Below are positions 11,421-23,270 of a stretch of DNA of 64,000 bases, one piece after another (position 1 is the first letter of the stretch; each line of letters opens with the position of its first letter). Under the pieces are notes generated by a model that searched no databases, was not told where the DNA came from, and saw only the letters and a list, made by a program, of their open reading frames with translations. Source of the stretch: Macrostomum hystrix (lineage: Eukaryota; Animalia; Platyhelminthes); NCBI GenBank assembly GCA_950097015.1, contig CATNEN010000033.1, positions 5,084,001 to 5,148,000 on the forward strand, given 5' to 3'. The position numbers and the translations under genes were made by a program.

Positions 11421-13226
11421 CACGCCGAATTCGAAATCGCGGTATGCGCTGGAATCGCAAGCAGGTGCGAGAAGCCATTGTGATTCACCACTTGAGTCCT
11501 GCTGCTTATCGGTTCTTACGCAAGCAATCAGGCCTTCTGCTTCCATCCGAAACAGTTCTGAAGCGCAGAATTCGATTATTTTTTTCGGATACCGGAGTCT
11601 GCAGCTTCACCATTTCTGAACTGAAGACCTACTTTTCACGAAAGTCCAGGGAGGAGAAGATCGCTACGCTCTGCCTGGACGGAATGCGCATCTCTCCATC
11701 AGTCAGGTTTGACAAGAATAGCGATGCAATTATTGGACTGGCTTCAGGATTCGAGGCGTTGGAAAATGCAAAGCCGGCGAATCAGGCCATTGTTGCACAA
11801 CTGCGAGGCATCGCGGCCCCGTGGAAACAGCCCATCGCCTGCTACTTTGTCTACCACGGCCAAAAACAACCGGAATTCAAGGCTGCCATCAACGAATGCC
11901 TGAAGGCCGCCAATGAAGCAGAAATTTGTGTGAAGGCAGTGGTGACTGATCAAGAGCCTACACAGTGGGCGCACATCAAGAAGACGGTCTCCTTGCCGCA
12001 GCCAAGCTTCCCACATCCAACTACAGGCGAGCCCGTGTACTTCATACTGGACGTACATTCCGTTGCGAGAGGCATGCGAGTTCTGGTTGATAATGATCGA
12101 ATGGAGAAGTCCGCTCTGCAGACAGCTGAGTTTGTGGAGAAAGTAAACGAGATGTTTGACATTCTTGACTCTGCTAGTTTATTCGGCAAGCATGGAAAAG
12201 GTGCAGTTACCGAAGAGTCCGCTGAGATGGTACTGCGCCAGCTGTCAGCAGCGCAAGAATTCATTTTGACATGGCGATTCTCGCCTGTGAGGGGTGGAAG
12301 GAGTAAGGCAGCCATGCCGTTTAAAGAAGGCTTGCTGCTTTCTATCGAGTCAGCGAAGCGCATCATTCATTTGGTCTAACGGAAGCTGGTGTGTCGTATT
12401 TGTGCCTTCGACGCCTTTCCCAGGATCATGTCGAGGTATCTGCCTGAAAATGCTTTTCAGTTGTTACATATAGTGTTAATGCTTTCTTGTTTCTGCTGCA
12501 GAATTTTTTTCTCCATGGTGAGAGGCCGCAATGGCTTCAACGAGAAGCCGGAACTGCATGCGTTTCTCGGTGCACTTCGATCCATCAGTGCTGGCAAAAT
12601 GGAACGCAAGCTTGCGAATGGCACAAACTGTGAGGACGATGGTTATGCCATGGCAGTTGAGATTCGTGACTTACGTGAGAAGGTCACGGCTGCATCAACT
12701 TCAGCTGCAGAGCAGCCCCAGCAGAATCGGGCAGTTTCTGCAGATGGAGACGTTGCAACAGAAATTGCAATTCGACAAAGTGGAGGCTACTGAAGTAATC
12801 CCTTACATCGGAGGATGGATTTTTCGGAAGCTGCAAATTTTTGCATGCGACAGCTGTAAGGATCAGTTGGTAACAGACGAGTCACCTGCTCGAATCTTCG
12901 CCCACAAAAACTTTGAAGACTCTCGATACGGCCTTACTCAGCCGTCGAGCGCGTGTGTTGCGATATTCTGCAAGATAGAGGAGATTTTTCGTCGAGAAAT
13001 GTCAACAGCAGCAGCTGCTGATGCCATTGGGGCAAGAATCATCGGCAGATTTGTGCGATTTAGTGTGCAGCTTCCATTTTGTATCGAACATTGAGCCGAA
13101 AGCAATGCACAAGCGGCAAGGCTTTTTGTGCACATGCGATTGCATCAGTGGTGCCGAGAGAAGATGGAGACTGTGCGGAAGGAAAGAGATCGCGCTATTG
13201 CTAACCGCAAGCTCAAGAAGTTGTGA
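11421..13226 (+). pseudogene. P-element-type transposase catalytic region, disrupted
   Basis: Motifs CLDGMRI, QLRGIAAPWKQPIACYF, VVTDQ, TAEFVEKVNEMFDILDS and YLCLRRLSQDHVE/(N)FFSMVRGRNG are present. There is an intron at 12436-12501, frameshifts near 12370 and 12505, and an apparent internal deletion. Confidence 0.85.
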
Positions 13227-14243
13227 AATGATGCATGGTTAGGGTACTCACTGTGCTTCATTATTTTACTTATTTGACACGCTTTCTTGAATACTGTTTT
13301 TGCTTGTCATGCTTATCTGTCATGCTTGCCTGTCATACTTGCTTGTTTAATCACCATGTTATCTTTATTTGTTTTATTGTTCCGCGCATTCAATAAATAT
13401 TCGGCTTAGAAATTTGTTACTCGCGTTTTCTCCAATTAAAAGTCATTTCTCAATATTGGCTCGCCTAGCGTTAAAGGCAAATAACATAGTTTACTAAAAA
13501 GATATATTAATGCGCAGTATTTAACTCGTGTCTGTGGCAAAAACACTGGGTTTTCGATGAACGAACGATTTCTCTTGGAGTGACCAATCTAGGTAATATA
13601 GAATCTGTGACTTAAAGAGCTTTTGCAAAAATACTGCATACAATATGAATTATATGCAGTCGTTTTTGTGTCTATGGCCAAAACGTCTGACTGTATTTTC
13701 GAAAGAAAAAATGTGGATACGAAGAATAAAATCGCGAAAAAATCGAGCTGTACCAAGCAGATATGTCTATGTTAAAATACGCACGATTTTATGCACTACA
13801 TACCCAGTTTGCATGTTTTAATTGCCCATCTTGGCATATCTAGCAAGACGTAAGCGTGTAATAATTTATTAGTCGTTTGTACTTTACTTTTTTCAAGTTC
13901 TTCGTCATTATTAATGTTTTTTACATGAGGAACTTGTATAAACTTTACATGAAATTATATATCAGACTGATCGATTACGATTACGTCGCTATTGTAGTAA
14001 GTCTCATCGCCAATGTACACCATATTATTTGAATGATAAAATAAATAACCAAGATAAGAAGTTATTTATTGTGAAAACTATAAAAACTAATAACCGTCAG
14101 GTGCATTTTGAGCTGCATTTATCAAGCAGCAACTCTGCACTCGGGAATAGTCACTTTAGATTTTGCCAACAAATCTTACGCTACGCTAGGTGGGTCGTGC
14201 CCTACAACCCAGTGCTGCTGCAAGAGTTCGCCAGCCACATGGC

Positions 14244-14608
14244 TCATAGCACACCCGGCTGCGGGATGAAAGATGGGTTTTAGGTTTCATTTAGTTTGTT
14301 AGCTCGGTTATCAGATGTGTTAATAAATATTCAAATGAAAATAAAATTAAAAAGCTACTACTCACATAGGGATCCAGCCCGTCAGCTATGCGACGGGCCC
14401 TGGCCATGCGAAGCATGGCCGCCTTAACCCGTCGCATAGCTACGGCCATCGCGTCCTCCGCCACGCGCCGTCCCGGCGCCCAGGCCTCCGCTGCAGCCAC
14501 CGCAATCGCTGCTTCATTCGCAGCCTCCAAAGCTGCTTCTAACTCCACGGCAGCTCTTTCTAATACGTGTTTGCGGAACGCAGCCGGGAACATCGGAAAT
14601 TTACTCAT
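14244..14608 (-). CDS. Small Ala/Arg-rich helical protein, spliced (module A gene 1, copy 1)
   Basis: MSKFPMFPAAFRKHVLERAAVELE...ARARRIADGLDPY, then a GTGAGT intron (14365-14259) ending CGCAG, then PGVL*. The same junction is present in all three copies. Confidence 0.6.
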
Positions 14609-14955
14609 TTTCTCGCTGCTAATGGTGTTATTGCTGGTGGCTACTGCTGTTGCTGATGGTTGCTACTGGTGGCTGCTACTGGTGTTGCTGCTGGCTGCTA
14701 CTGCTGGCTGCTACTGCTGTTGCTGCTGTTTATTTGGTTGTGGGCTGATTTCTTGGCCGAGAAATATTTCATGTTCTTAATACCCAGACTGGCCTGTATT
14801 CATTTGATTTGTTTGTGGACTGACTTACCTGTGTTTGATAAAATATACTCTATGGGGACTTTGATTCAAGTTTAAAAATTTTTTATAACTTAAATTTTTT
14901 TTTGCTTTAGGCTGGCTTGATTTACTAACTGACTGAACCTTCATCTTCAGTCAGT

Positions 14956-15296
14956 TATCTTCAGCCGCACGTATTTCAACTCTTTCTCAGCTGTCGCATA
15001 GATTGCATTGGCCGGTTCATAGCGCATCGAGGGTGCTTCGAGCAGCTACCTAGTTTGCAGCGCGGTGTTCCAAATGCTGAGTATAGCGCTAATGAGTTAT
15101 GCTTATTATTACGGCGCACTCAAGAATGGCTGCAACAGCACCGGTCAGCAGAAGACTATAAGGCTGTCTTGTCCGTGACTGGTATAAGAGAGGATGAAGC
15201 ACAAGACATCATCGAAGTGCTAGAGCTTTTGAGGACGCCCAAGCTGAACTCCAGCTCATCATACATGGAGTTCGCTACTGGTACATCGAACAATGA
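14956..15296 (+). pseudogene. 130-aa family protein (module A gene 2, copy 1), start codon deleted
   Basis: It encodes ...LSCRIDCIGRFIAHRGCFEQLPSLQRGVPNAEY...; the ATG region present in copies 2 and 3 is missing, and there is a frameshift near 15235. Confidence 0.6.
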
Positions 15297-15884
15297 ATGC
15301 TGTAAAATACAGAATTTATATGCAGAATTTTATGTATTATAGTTTACACGTTTATTTTTGCTCTCGCGACTTTGCAAATCAGACAAAATTATAGAATAGC
15401 ACGATTATTTGTTTAATCAATGAAATTCTATATATATTTATACTCTATATATATGCATCGGTGAAATTTAATAATAACCGTATTAATAATTACCGATTGA
15501 CTAGCTGTACACATCTGTGTTCGCGTAATATTTTTATTACTGACTGATCTCATCAGTCATCTGATTATGATTAATGGTAAACGCGACAATATATTGTCAA
15601 TAGAGACGGCAAACTGTCTTTTGCTTTGAATATTACCACGTAGGTGAACGAGAGCTAGTGTAAAATAGTATAAGTAAAAGTATATGTAAAAATATGTAAA
15701 AGTAGTTTAAAACATTTGCAGGCATCATGAACTGTCGACTTTGAATACTTAGATGTGTTAATCAAATACCAACTTTTAATTATATTAATCAGTTAATTAA
15801 TTTCATTATAACTAATGGCAACAGTGCATAACTAAATTTGTCGATGGTAAAAAGTACAAGTCACTTTGTCTGAGAATACGTATC

Positions 15885-16200
15885 TACATTCGCGAAAATA
15901 CCATAAGATGTAGCCACGCACACTACCTACTTTAATAACTTTTGCAAAAATACCGCCAACTACCTTTGTTTAATAGCATAGCAGTATTTTTCGCGAAAAT
16001 ACCATAAGATGTAGCCACGCACACTACTTTAAGAACTTTTGCAAAAATACCGCCAACTACCTTTGTTTAATAGCATAGCAGTATTTTCGCGAAAATACCA
16101 TAAGATGTAGCCATGCACACTACTTCAAGAACTTTTGCAAAAATACTGCCCTTACCTTTGTTTATAGAGCATAGCAGTATTTTCGCGAAAATACTATATA
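15885..16200. repeat. Array of about 97-bp units with TTTTCGCGAAAA and TTTTGCAAAA palindromes (hr-like), array 1
   Basis: About 3.5 units of TTTTCGCGAAAATACCATAAGATGTAGCCA.GCACACTACTTTAAGAACTTTTGCAAAAATACCGCCAACTACCTTTGTTTAATAGCATAGCAGTA. Confidence 0.9.
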
Positions 16201-16395
16201 TGGAAATAGCTTAGACCCCAGTTGACGATGCCTGTCTATGTCTATGTGTCTGACTGCTGCTCTGTACAGGATATGAGCAGTGCTAGGTAAATATATGCGC
16301 GCGCGCACGCAAATCGATAATTAAAATTCAGCCACAACGACCACTCTGTCGATTATTCAGCAGGCTAGCCAGCGAACGACTATATTTAAGCTGCA

Positions 16396-17890
16396 ATGGA
16401 AGACAACAACGGACTCCGCTTCTGCCATTTCTGCGGCCAGCAAATCCGCGCCAATATGATGCGAAGACATTTTATAGAGGCGCATAAAGCTGTCCATGCC
16501 GAATTTGACTGGACAGTCCTACCTGTTGGTCAAAGGCCATCGCTATTCGCGTCGGTTAAGGAGCGTGGAAAGTGCCGTCTGGAAGATGCTGCAACTACAG
16601 CGGGCTGGTGTAGATGTCGCTGCCGGTGGACGTGTGCTAGCGTGTCCGCATTGCAACAAAATAACGTCCAACATGTTGCATCATCAATATAGATGTAAGC
16701 GGAATCCGCAGCGTCGCGTCGGTGGCCAACCAGCTAAGCCAGTGGCAGTGGCGGGAGCAGCGGCAATGGGCGAAGTGGTCCAGCTTGAACAACTGGATCC
16801 ACTACCAGCTGTGGTCGGCGAGATTATCGACTATATGCACGAGCGCTACATTGCCCGTCGACTGCCAGCAGCAGAGCAGCCAGTAGCAGAGCAGCCAGTA
16901 GCAGAGCAGCCAGTAGCAGAGCAGCCAGTAGCAGAGCAGCCATCAGCAGAGCAGCCAGCAGCAGAGGCAGTCAGCAGCAGAGCAGCCAGCAGAAACTATC
17001 ATCATAGAAGATAGCGCAGCTGATCAGGCATCATCTATGCAACAAGTACTGACGAGCTGCTGAACATGTGAGCCAAGCGGACAGTGTGTCAATTGGATCA
17101 GTACGGCATCCAATTTGTACATCTACTCCGCTTAATCACAATGCGATTGAAGCAGCAGCAGAAACAATCCAATCGGATCACTCGCCAGTACCATCGCCAT
17201 CAATGCCAATTTTGCAAATTGAGCCAATCGGATCACCAGCGATGCCTATGTTGCCGATTCCAACTGTCGAGGTGCCGTATTTCGTTCCGGTTGCCGCTAC
17301 CTGTTTTTATTCCTGTCTGTGCGCCAAGAGTAACAACAGCGACAGTTGGTGTCAGTGCACAAAACGGTGTGACCGATGTTTCCATCGAAGCCAATGTCAG
17401 CACGCAGTCAGTGTGTATTGGTACATCATCCGGTCACGGTGATGACATTGAAATGGCGCAGATTCTGCTCGACTTGATGCAACCTGCCGCTATGCAATTT
17501 CTGTCTACCAATACGGATTGTGTTGCTGCTGCTGCTGGATCGGATTTCGCTGCCCATTCCGAAGCAAGTCACATCGATGATATGTTTGATGTCGCAATGG
17601 AGATCATCATTGCTGATGTCAACAACGATTCTGATGAACAGCTATCTGATGTGACAGTGCCGCAAGGAGATGCCGATGCCGCAGCAGAATTGGTTCTGAC
17701 CGCCGACCTTGACGACGATGTCGCAATGTCATTAAGTGATGTGCAGTCATCGCAATCGACTATACCTGCGACTGATGCTTTGCATGCATCTAGACGCTCG
17801 TATTGTATATGCACACACAATATATTGACTACGACAGTGTCAAGACACGGCCGATTGATCAAGACGCGACAATGTCTGTGCGGCAATTGA
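16396..17890 (+). pseudogene. Zinc-finger protein with an acidic low-complexity tail (paralog A), frameshifted
   Basis: CHFCG...RRHFIEAH (C2H2-like), then in another frame CPHCNK...HHQYRC, an AEQPV repeat and an acidic tail ending CICTH...CLCGN. It spans ORFs 16396, 16496, 17068 and 17084. Confidence 0.55.
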
Positions 17891-18423
17891 TTTCATTCAA
17901 TTCAATTGGCTCGGCGTGCAACTCAGATTGGGCTGCTTTGTCTGTCTACTGGCTGATTGGCTGGCTGGCTGGCTGGCTGGCTGAATAATCGACTCACTCA
18001 CTTATAATAATTCAGACTGAACTTGATTTAATCGATTGATTTAATATACGTTGATATAAGAATAAACTAAAAAAATTAAACTTTTAACGCGATTTGATTC
18101 TAAGCGATTTTATTCCACTACTGTCTATTCTTATTACATCAATTTTAGTTTTAAGTCTACTTCATTATTCTCAGGTTTTGCGCAATATAAATACAAACAT
18201 AATATCTCAGACTGATCGATTACGATTACGTCGGTCTTGTAATAAGTCTCAACGCCAATGTAAACCGCATAACCGCCAGTCAGTTCAGTTCATATTATTT
18301 TAATGATAGAATAAACAAGATAAGAAGTTGTGTACTATTAACAATTAAACAAATTACAAACACTAAATTATTTTTGTTTATTATTTATTTATATTTTGAA
18401 ACGGGTGACCGGGTGCAGAGCAA

Positions 18424-18566
18424 TGTGACGGTTCGTGGTTCACATACTGCGACATGTCACATAGCCAGCAGATATCTTAGCAGCTTCCGTGAAGGACGCG
18501 AAAATACATTATACTGTTCAACCAGTATGTGACATGTCGCAGTATGTGAACCACTGAACCGTCACA
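18424..18566. repeat. Foldback element with about 40-bp inverted arms
   Basis: TGTGACGGTTC(A)GTGGTTCACATACTGCGACATGTCACATA and its reverse complement. No TSD was found. Confidence 0.85.
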
Positions 18567-18669
18567 CCGAATCACTATACACTACAATACCATAGCAGTC
18601 CGGTATATTTATATTTTGAAACGCGGGGATGTCCGGGTGCAGAGCAGGGCTGGCTAATGCTCACATTAT

Positions 18670-18741
18670 CATCGGGCCGTACGTTAGCCAGATGAAAGCT
18701 TTCAGAAAAAAACTGAAATCTGGCTAACGTACGGCCCGATG
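18670..18741. repeat. Hairpin with perfect 24-bp arms
   Basis: CATCGGGCCGTACGTTAGCCAGAT ... ATCTGGCTAACGTACGGCCCGATG, with an inner TTCAG-A7-CTGAA stem. Confidence 0.9.
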
Positions 18742-19646
18742 GTAACGATGGCTAATGATACTGTCTTCCACAAGAGCCTTCTTACCTTTTTACCACTGGC
18801 ACAATATGCACAGATCTCAAGTAGTCAACGATCATAGTCGTTTTGACTTAAGAATACGTATGTACTTTCGCGAAAAAGTTTTTGGCAGTGCGCAAATACT
18901 AATTATAGATGAAATGTCTGGCTATATTCGCGAAAAATACCATAGATATGGCCACGCTACTTAAAGAACTTTTGCAAAAATACTGCATACAATATGAATT
19001 ATATGCAGCCGTTTTTTGTGTCTACGGCCAAAAACATCTGACTGTATTTTCGAAAGAAAAATTTGGATGCGAAGAACATAAAAAATAGCGAAAAATCGAG
19101 CTGTACCAAGCAGACATGTCTTTGGTAAAATACGCACAATTTAATGCACTACATACCTATAGTCTGCACGTTTAAAAGTGCATCTTGTAACATCTTATAT
19201 TTAGCGATACGAAAGTGTATAATAATTTATTCGTCGTTTGTACTTTACTTTTTCAAACTTATCCAACTAACTTATATGGCTGAATAATGTACAATAATGT
19301 ACAATAATGTACAAGGAATAATGCATCTCGAAAAATTCGTTTCTTTTTGCTTGTCAGTTAGTGAGTTCTTATTGTCGCACAAATGTTAATAATAGACGTA
19401 ATAAAATAACAGAACGATTCATAACACGTATTGACGAGATTAGCATGAATAATTTAATCATTCAATCATTTAATCAGTTTTTATTGTTTTGATTTATTTA
19501 TGTATCCGTTTCAGTATCAGTATCAGAGATGTATGACCAATCAGTATTGACAGTAAGATAACAAAGGAGGTAAAGTTATCAAAGAGAAACGATTGAATGT
19601 CTCAGATCGGCTGGTGTTGTTGGTGTTGAACCAGGTTCTCTGGTTC

Positions 19647-20032
19647 TCATAGGACACCCGGCTGCGGGATGAAAAGATGGGTTTTAGGTTTCAATTTATT
19701 TTGTTAGGTTCCTTTAGTAGCTTAGATGTTACAATTCAGAATGTGTTCATAAATATTCAAATGAAAGGAATCAAAATCTACTACTCACATATGGATCCAG
19801 CCCTGCCGCTATACGACGGGCCCGGGCCATGCGTAACATGGCCGCCCGGACCCGCCGTATAGCGGCTGTCATATTTTCTTCAGCCCGGCGCCGTTCCGGC
19901 GTCCAGGCTTCCGCCGCCGCTACCTCCATTGCCACCTCCATGGTTGATCTCATTGCGTCTTCTAACTCGGCGGCGGCTGACGCCAGTACGTAGTGCCGGA
20001 ACCGCCGCCGGGAATAATGGGAAAGTAGACAT
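19647..20032 (-). pseudogene. Ala/Arg-rich spliced gene (module A gene 1, copy 2), frameshift near the 5' end
   Basis: MSTFPLFPAA...EAWTPERRRAEENM...ARARRIAAGLDPY/PGVL*, with the same GTGAGT donor and CGCAG acceptor. Confidence 0.55.
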
Positions 20033-20276
20033 AGCTGCTGTTGTTGTGCTGTTGTTGCTGCTTTGCTTGCGAAGTTTGGTTGTGGGCCTGATTTCTTGGC
20101 CGATAAAAAATTTCTTGTTCTTAATACCCTGGCTGGCCTGTATTCATTGGATTTGTCTGTGGACTACTGACTCATCTGTGTTCGAAAAAATATACTCTAT
20201 GTGGGCTTTGATTAAAGTTTAGAATTTTTTAGACAAAACTATTTTTTGCTTTACTTGATTTACTAACTGACTGAAC

Positions 20277-20658
20277 ATGTCGTTAATTGCCGATCAGATG
20301 CAGTTAGTACAAATGTATCTTCAGCCGCGCGTATTTCAACTCTTTCTCAGCTGTCGCATAGATTGCATTGGCCGGTTCATAGCGCATCGAGGGTGCTTCG
20401 AGCAACTACCTAGTTGCAACGCGGTGTTCCAAATGCAGAGTATAACGCTAATGAGCTATGTTTTATTATTACGGCGCACTCAACAATGGCTGCAAAAGCA
20501 CCGGTCAGCAGAAGACTATCAGGCTTGTCTTGTCCGTGACTGGTGTAAGAGACGATGAAGCACAAGACATCATCGAAGTGCTAGAGCTTTTAGAGGAAGC
20601 CCAAGCTGAACTTCAGCTCATCATACATGGAGTTCGCTATTGGTACATCGAACAATGA
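20277..20658 (+). pseudogene. 130-aa family protein (module A gene 2, copy 2), frameshifted
   Basis: MSLIADQMQLVQMYLQPRVFQLFLSCRIDC... switches frame to ...VTGVRDDEAQDIIEVLELLEEAQAELQLIIHGVRYWYIEQ*. Confidence 0.65.
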
Positions 20659-21166
20659 ATGCTGTAAAATACAGAATTTATATGCAGAATTTTATGTATT
20701 ATAGTTACACGTTTATTTTTGCTCTCGCGACTTTGCAAAATCAGACTAATTGTAGAATGGCACGATTATTTGTTCAACCAATGAAATTCTATATATATTT
20801 ATACTCTATATGTATTGGTGAAATTTAATAAAAACCGTATTAATAATTACCGGTTGACTACCTGCACACATCTGTGTTCGAGTATTAATATTTTATTACT
20901 GACTGATCTCATCAGTCGTCTGATTATGATTAATGGTAACGCGACAATATATTGTCAATAGTGACGGCAAACTCTTATGCTTTGAATATACCACGTGAAG
21001 GTGAACGAGAGCTAGTGTATGTAAAAGTAGTTTAAAACATTTGCAGGTATCATGAACTGCGACTTTGAATACTTAGATGTGTTAATCAAATACCAACTTT
21101 TAATTATATTATTCAGTTAATTAATTTCATTATAACTAATGGCAACAGTGCTTAACAAAGAATTGC

Positions 21167-21647
21167 CTACATGTCATTCAAATCTGGGTTATTAGCAGCA
21201 CGATTGGCATTGCCGCGCTGTCTTTCAGTGCCAGTGCCGCCATTGTTGATGCTGCTGCTACTGCTTACAATTGGTGACTGTATATCGGTCACTTGCGCAT
21301 GCTGCGGCAGTTGCAATTGGCCGGCTAAATCACGTGTCGGATTGGCGTTCACAATAGAAAATCTCTGATTGTAAATGCGCACGACACCTGGACGATGCAA
21401 TACGTACTGAACACGTTGACGTGAAGGCAGAATATAGCAAAATCGGAGTCTGAACTACTATCCGAGCTGTGCCTTCGTCGACGTCGCTCAGTGCAATCAC
21501 GACATCCGTGCTGCTACTGACGGTAGGGCACGAGATCGGTTTGTCGTTGCCAGAGTTGTGACCTCTCTGTCGATATCTCGATCTCGATCTCCGCCATTGT
21601 GCCGCCCACCCAGGGATGACATGTTGTAGTTTTTTTATTTGAAACAA
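21167..21647 (-). pseudogene. Hypothetical protein, frameshifted overlapping ORFs
   Basis: A GC-richer coding-like island with two overlapping ORFs (DVVIALSDVDEGTARIVVQTPILLYSA / HRPGVVRIYNQRFSIVNANPTRDL). No family was recognised. Confidence 0.3.
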
Positions 21648-22078
21648 TAATTAAGAATCTAAAATGTGTAAATAAGTTACGACCACTTACCTTAGTAAAG
21701 TAACCAACTAAAAACCCTATTTCTAGTCTATGGTAACAAGATTGCTGATAATCTTATGTGATTGGGAATATGTAATCAATGCAGTTGAAACTTTGGACAA
21801 TTAATGAAGTAAATAAAACAAGTTCAACATTTTAAATACTGCCCCCATTGTTCGCCATGCCTACATCAACATCATCATCAGGGCCAACTCTAAACCGATG
21901 CGGAAAAATCCAACTGTCACGACGATGACGTTGAGCTGAATGAATAGCCAGGCTATGATGACTACGGGTATGATGAAACATACAATTCAACATACAGTTT
22001 TGTATTCGGCCTGGCAGACGACCATTTGTTATACGCCGTAGCTGAAGAGGGTCGAAGCGGCGATGGCAGCCAATTGCT

Positions 22079-22420
22079 TTGACCCAGCTGATGACGAGCT
22101 TTTGTATGCAGCAGCTGAAGAGGCGGAGGCGTCAGCAGCAGCGGCAGCGATGGCAGCCAGTAGCTGTTTATTTGACCCAGCTGATGACGAGCTTTTTGTA
22201 TGCAGCAGCTGAAGAGGCGGAGGCGTCAGCAGCAGCGGCAGCGATGGCAGCCAGTAGCTGCTTGTTTGACCCAGCTGATGACGAGCTTTTGTATGCCGCA
22301 GCTGAAGAGGCGGAGGCGTCAGCAGCAGCGGCAGCGATGGCAGCCAGTAGCTGTTTATTTGACCCAGCTGACGACTGCCTATTGTATGCCGCAGCTGAAG
22401 AGGCGGAGGCATACGTTTGA
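22079..22420 (+). repeat. 93-bp coding tandem repeat (31 aa: FDPADDELLYAAAEEAEASAAAAAMAASSCL)
   Basis: Units start at 22079, 22172, 22266 and 22359. The unit length is a multiple of 3, and one unit has an extra T. Confidence 0.85.
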
Positions 22421-23270
22421 AATTATATTATAAAATAATGCAGAAACTATGATTCATTACAGTTATTTTATAAATAAAGCCTCTGATTATCATAACGATT
22501 TGATATACATATTGGTGTTGTTTTGTTAGTGATTGAAAAATACACTAATCTTTTCGTGAAAATACCATCACCAACAATCATAAGCACAAACGTAAGCATT
22601 ATGTTTGGTATTTTTTGTTTGTAAACGTTCATATTATTTTAATGCTCAATGCAATTTCGCATAAATACAGCAGTTTGTATTTGTTTTAGAACATGTTCTT
22701 TCGCAAAAATATGTCACTATACTTTCCCTAATTTCAGATTTTGCCCAGCTTTTTTCGACCTCATTATTCGGTCTTTTCGGAGAGCCATTTGGGCCTCATT
22801 GAAACGCAAATAGCAATTTTCGTATAGCGCTTATATTTCAGTGCGCAGCAGTTCAGTTTCTGCTCCATTTAGCTTACTATTTAGATTTATTTATTCGGAA
22901 GTCAGATTAAGACAAAAAATGAACATTAAGGCCTTCCTAAATCACTTTCATCTTCTCTCGTTATATAGCAACGTAAAACAGTGTATTTAAATTCACGCGT
23001 ATTTAAATTCACGCGCTAGCTCTGGCAGCTATTTTTAGAACTGGGAAGACCACGCTTCCTCTATGGCTTTGCTCGCAAGCACTCTTTTTCTCTCGTTATT
23101 GATATTGCATTAGAGCAGCAGCAGTGTACAGTATACTGAATGTATTGTTTCGTTCGAGATCGATTGACTGACTGATTGACACTGATTGACACAGACTCTA
23201 TGTCTTATGACATTCAATAATTTGATTTAACTTTGACTGGCGGCGGCAGCGACGACAAGCAAAAAAACAC

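Larger units (their letters stand above)
8292..13609 (+). mobile_element. P-element superfamily (THAP) DNA transposon
   Basis: Perfect 32-bp TIRs (CACAGATTCTATATTACCTAGATTGGTCACTC) at 8292-8323 and 13578-13609. The 8-bp TSD ACTTAAAG lies at 8284-8291 and 13610-13617. THAP and P-transposase ORFs lie inside. Confidence 0.95.
13610..15875. repeat. Module A copy 1 (about 2 kb, head-to-head two-gene unit); its left end at 8220-8291 is displaced by the P element
   Basis: Long colinear near-identity with 18897-21155 and 39765-41605. Confidence 0.9.
18897..21155. repeat. Module A copy 2; contains the empty site of the P-element insertion
   Basis: ATACTAATTATAGATGAAATGTCTGG...GCTACTTAAAGAACTTTTGCAAAAATACTGC is uninterrupted, with a single ACTTAAAG. 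Confidence 0.9.

Noticed and set aside
9453-11478. Small ORFs inside the solo-LTR-like insertion as gag or other genes
   Set aside because: They are short, have no recognisable motifs and overlap on both strands. The 11336 ORF start is LTR sequence fused in frame to the transposase.
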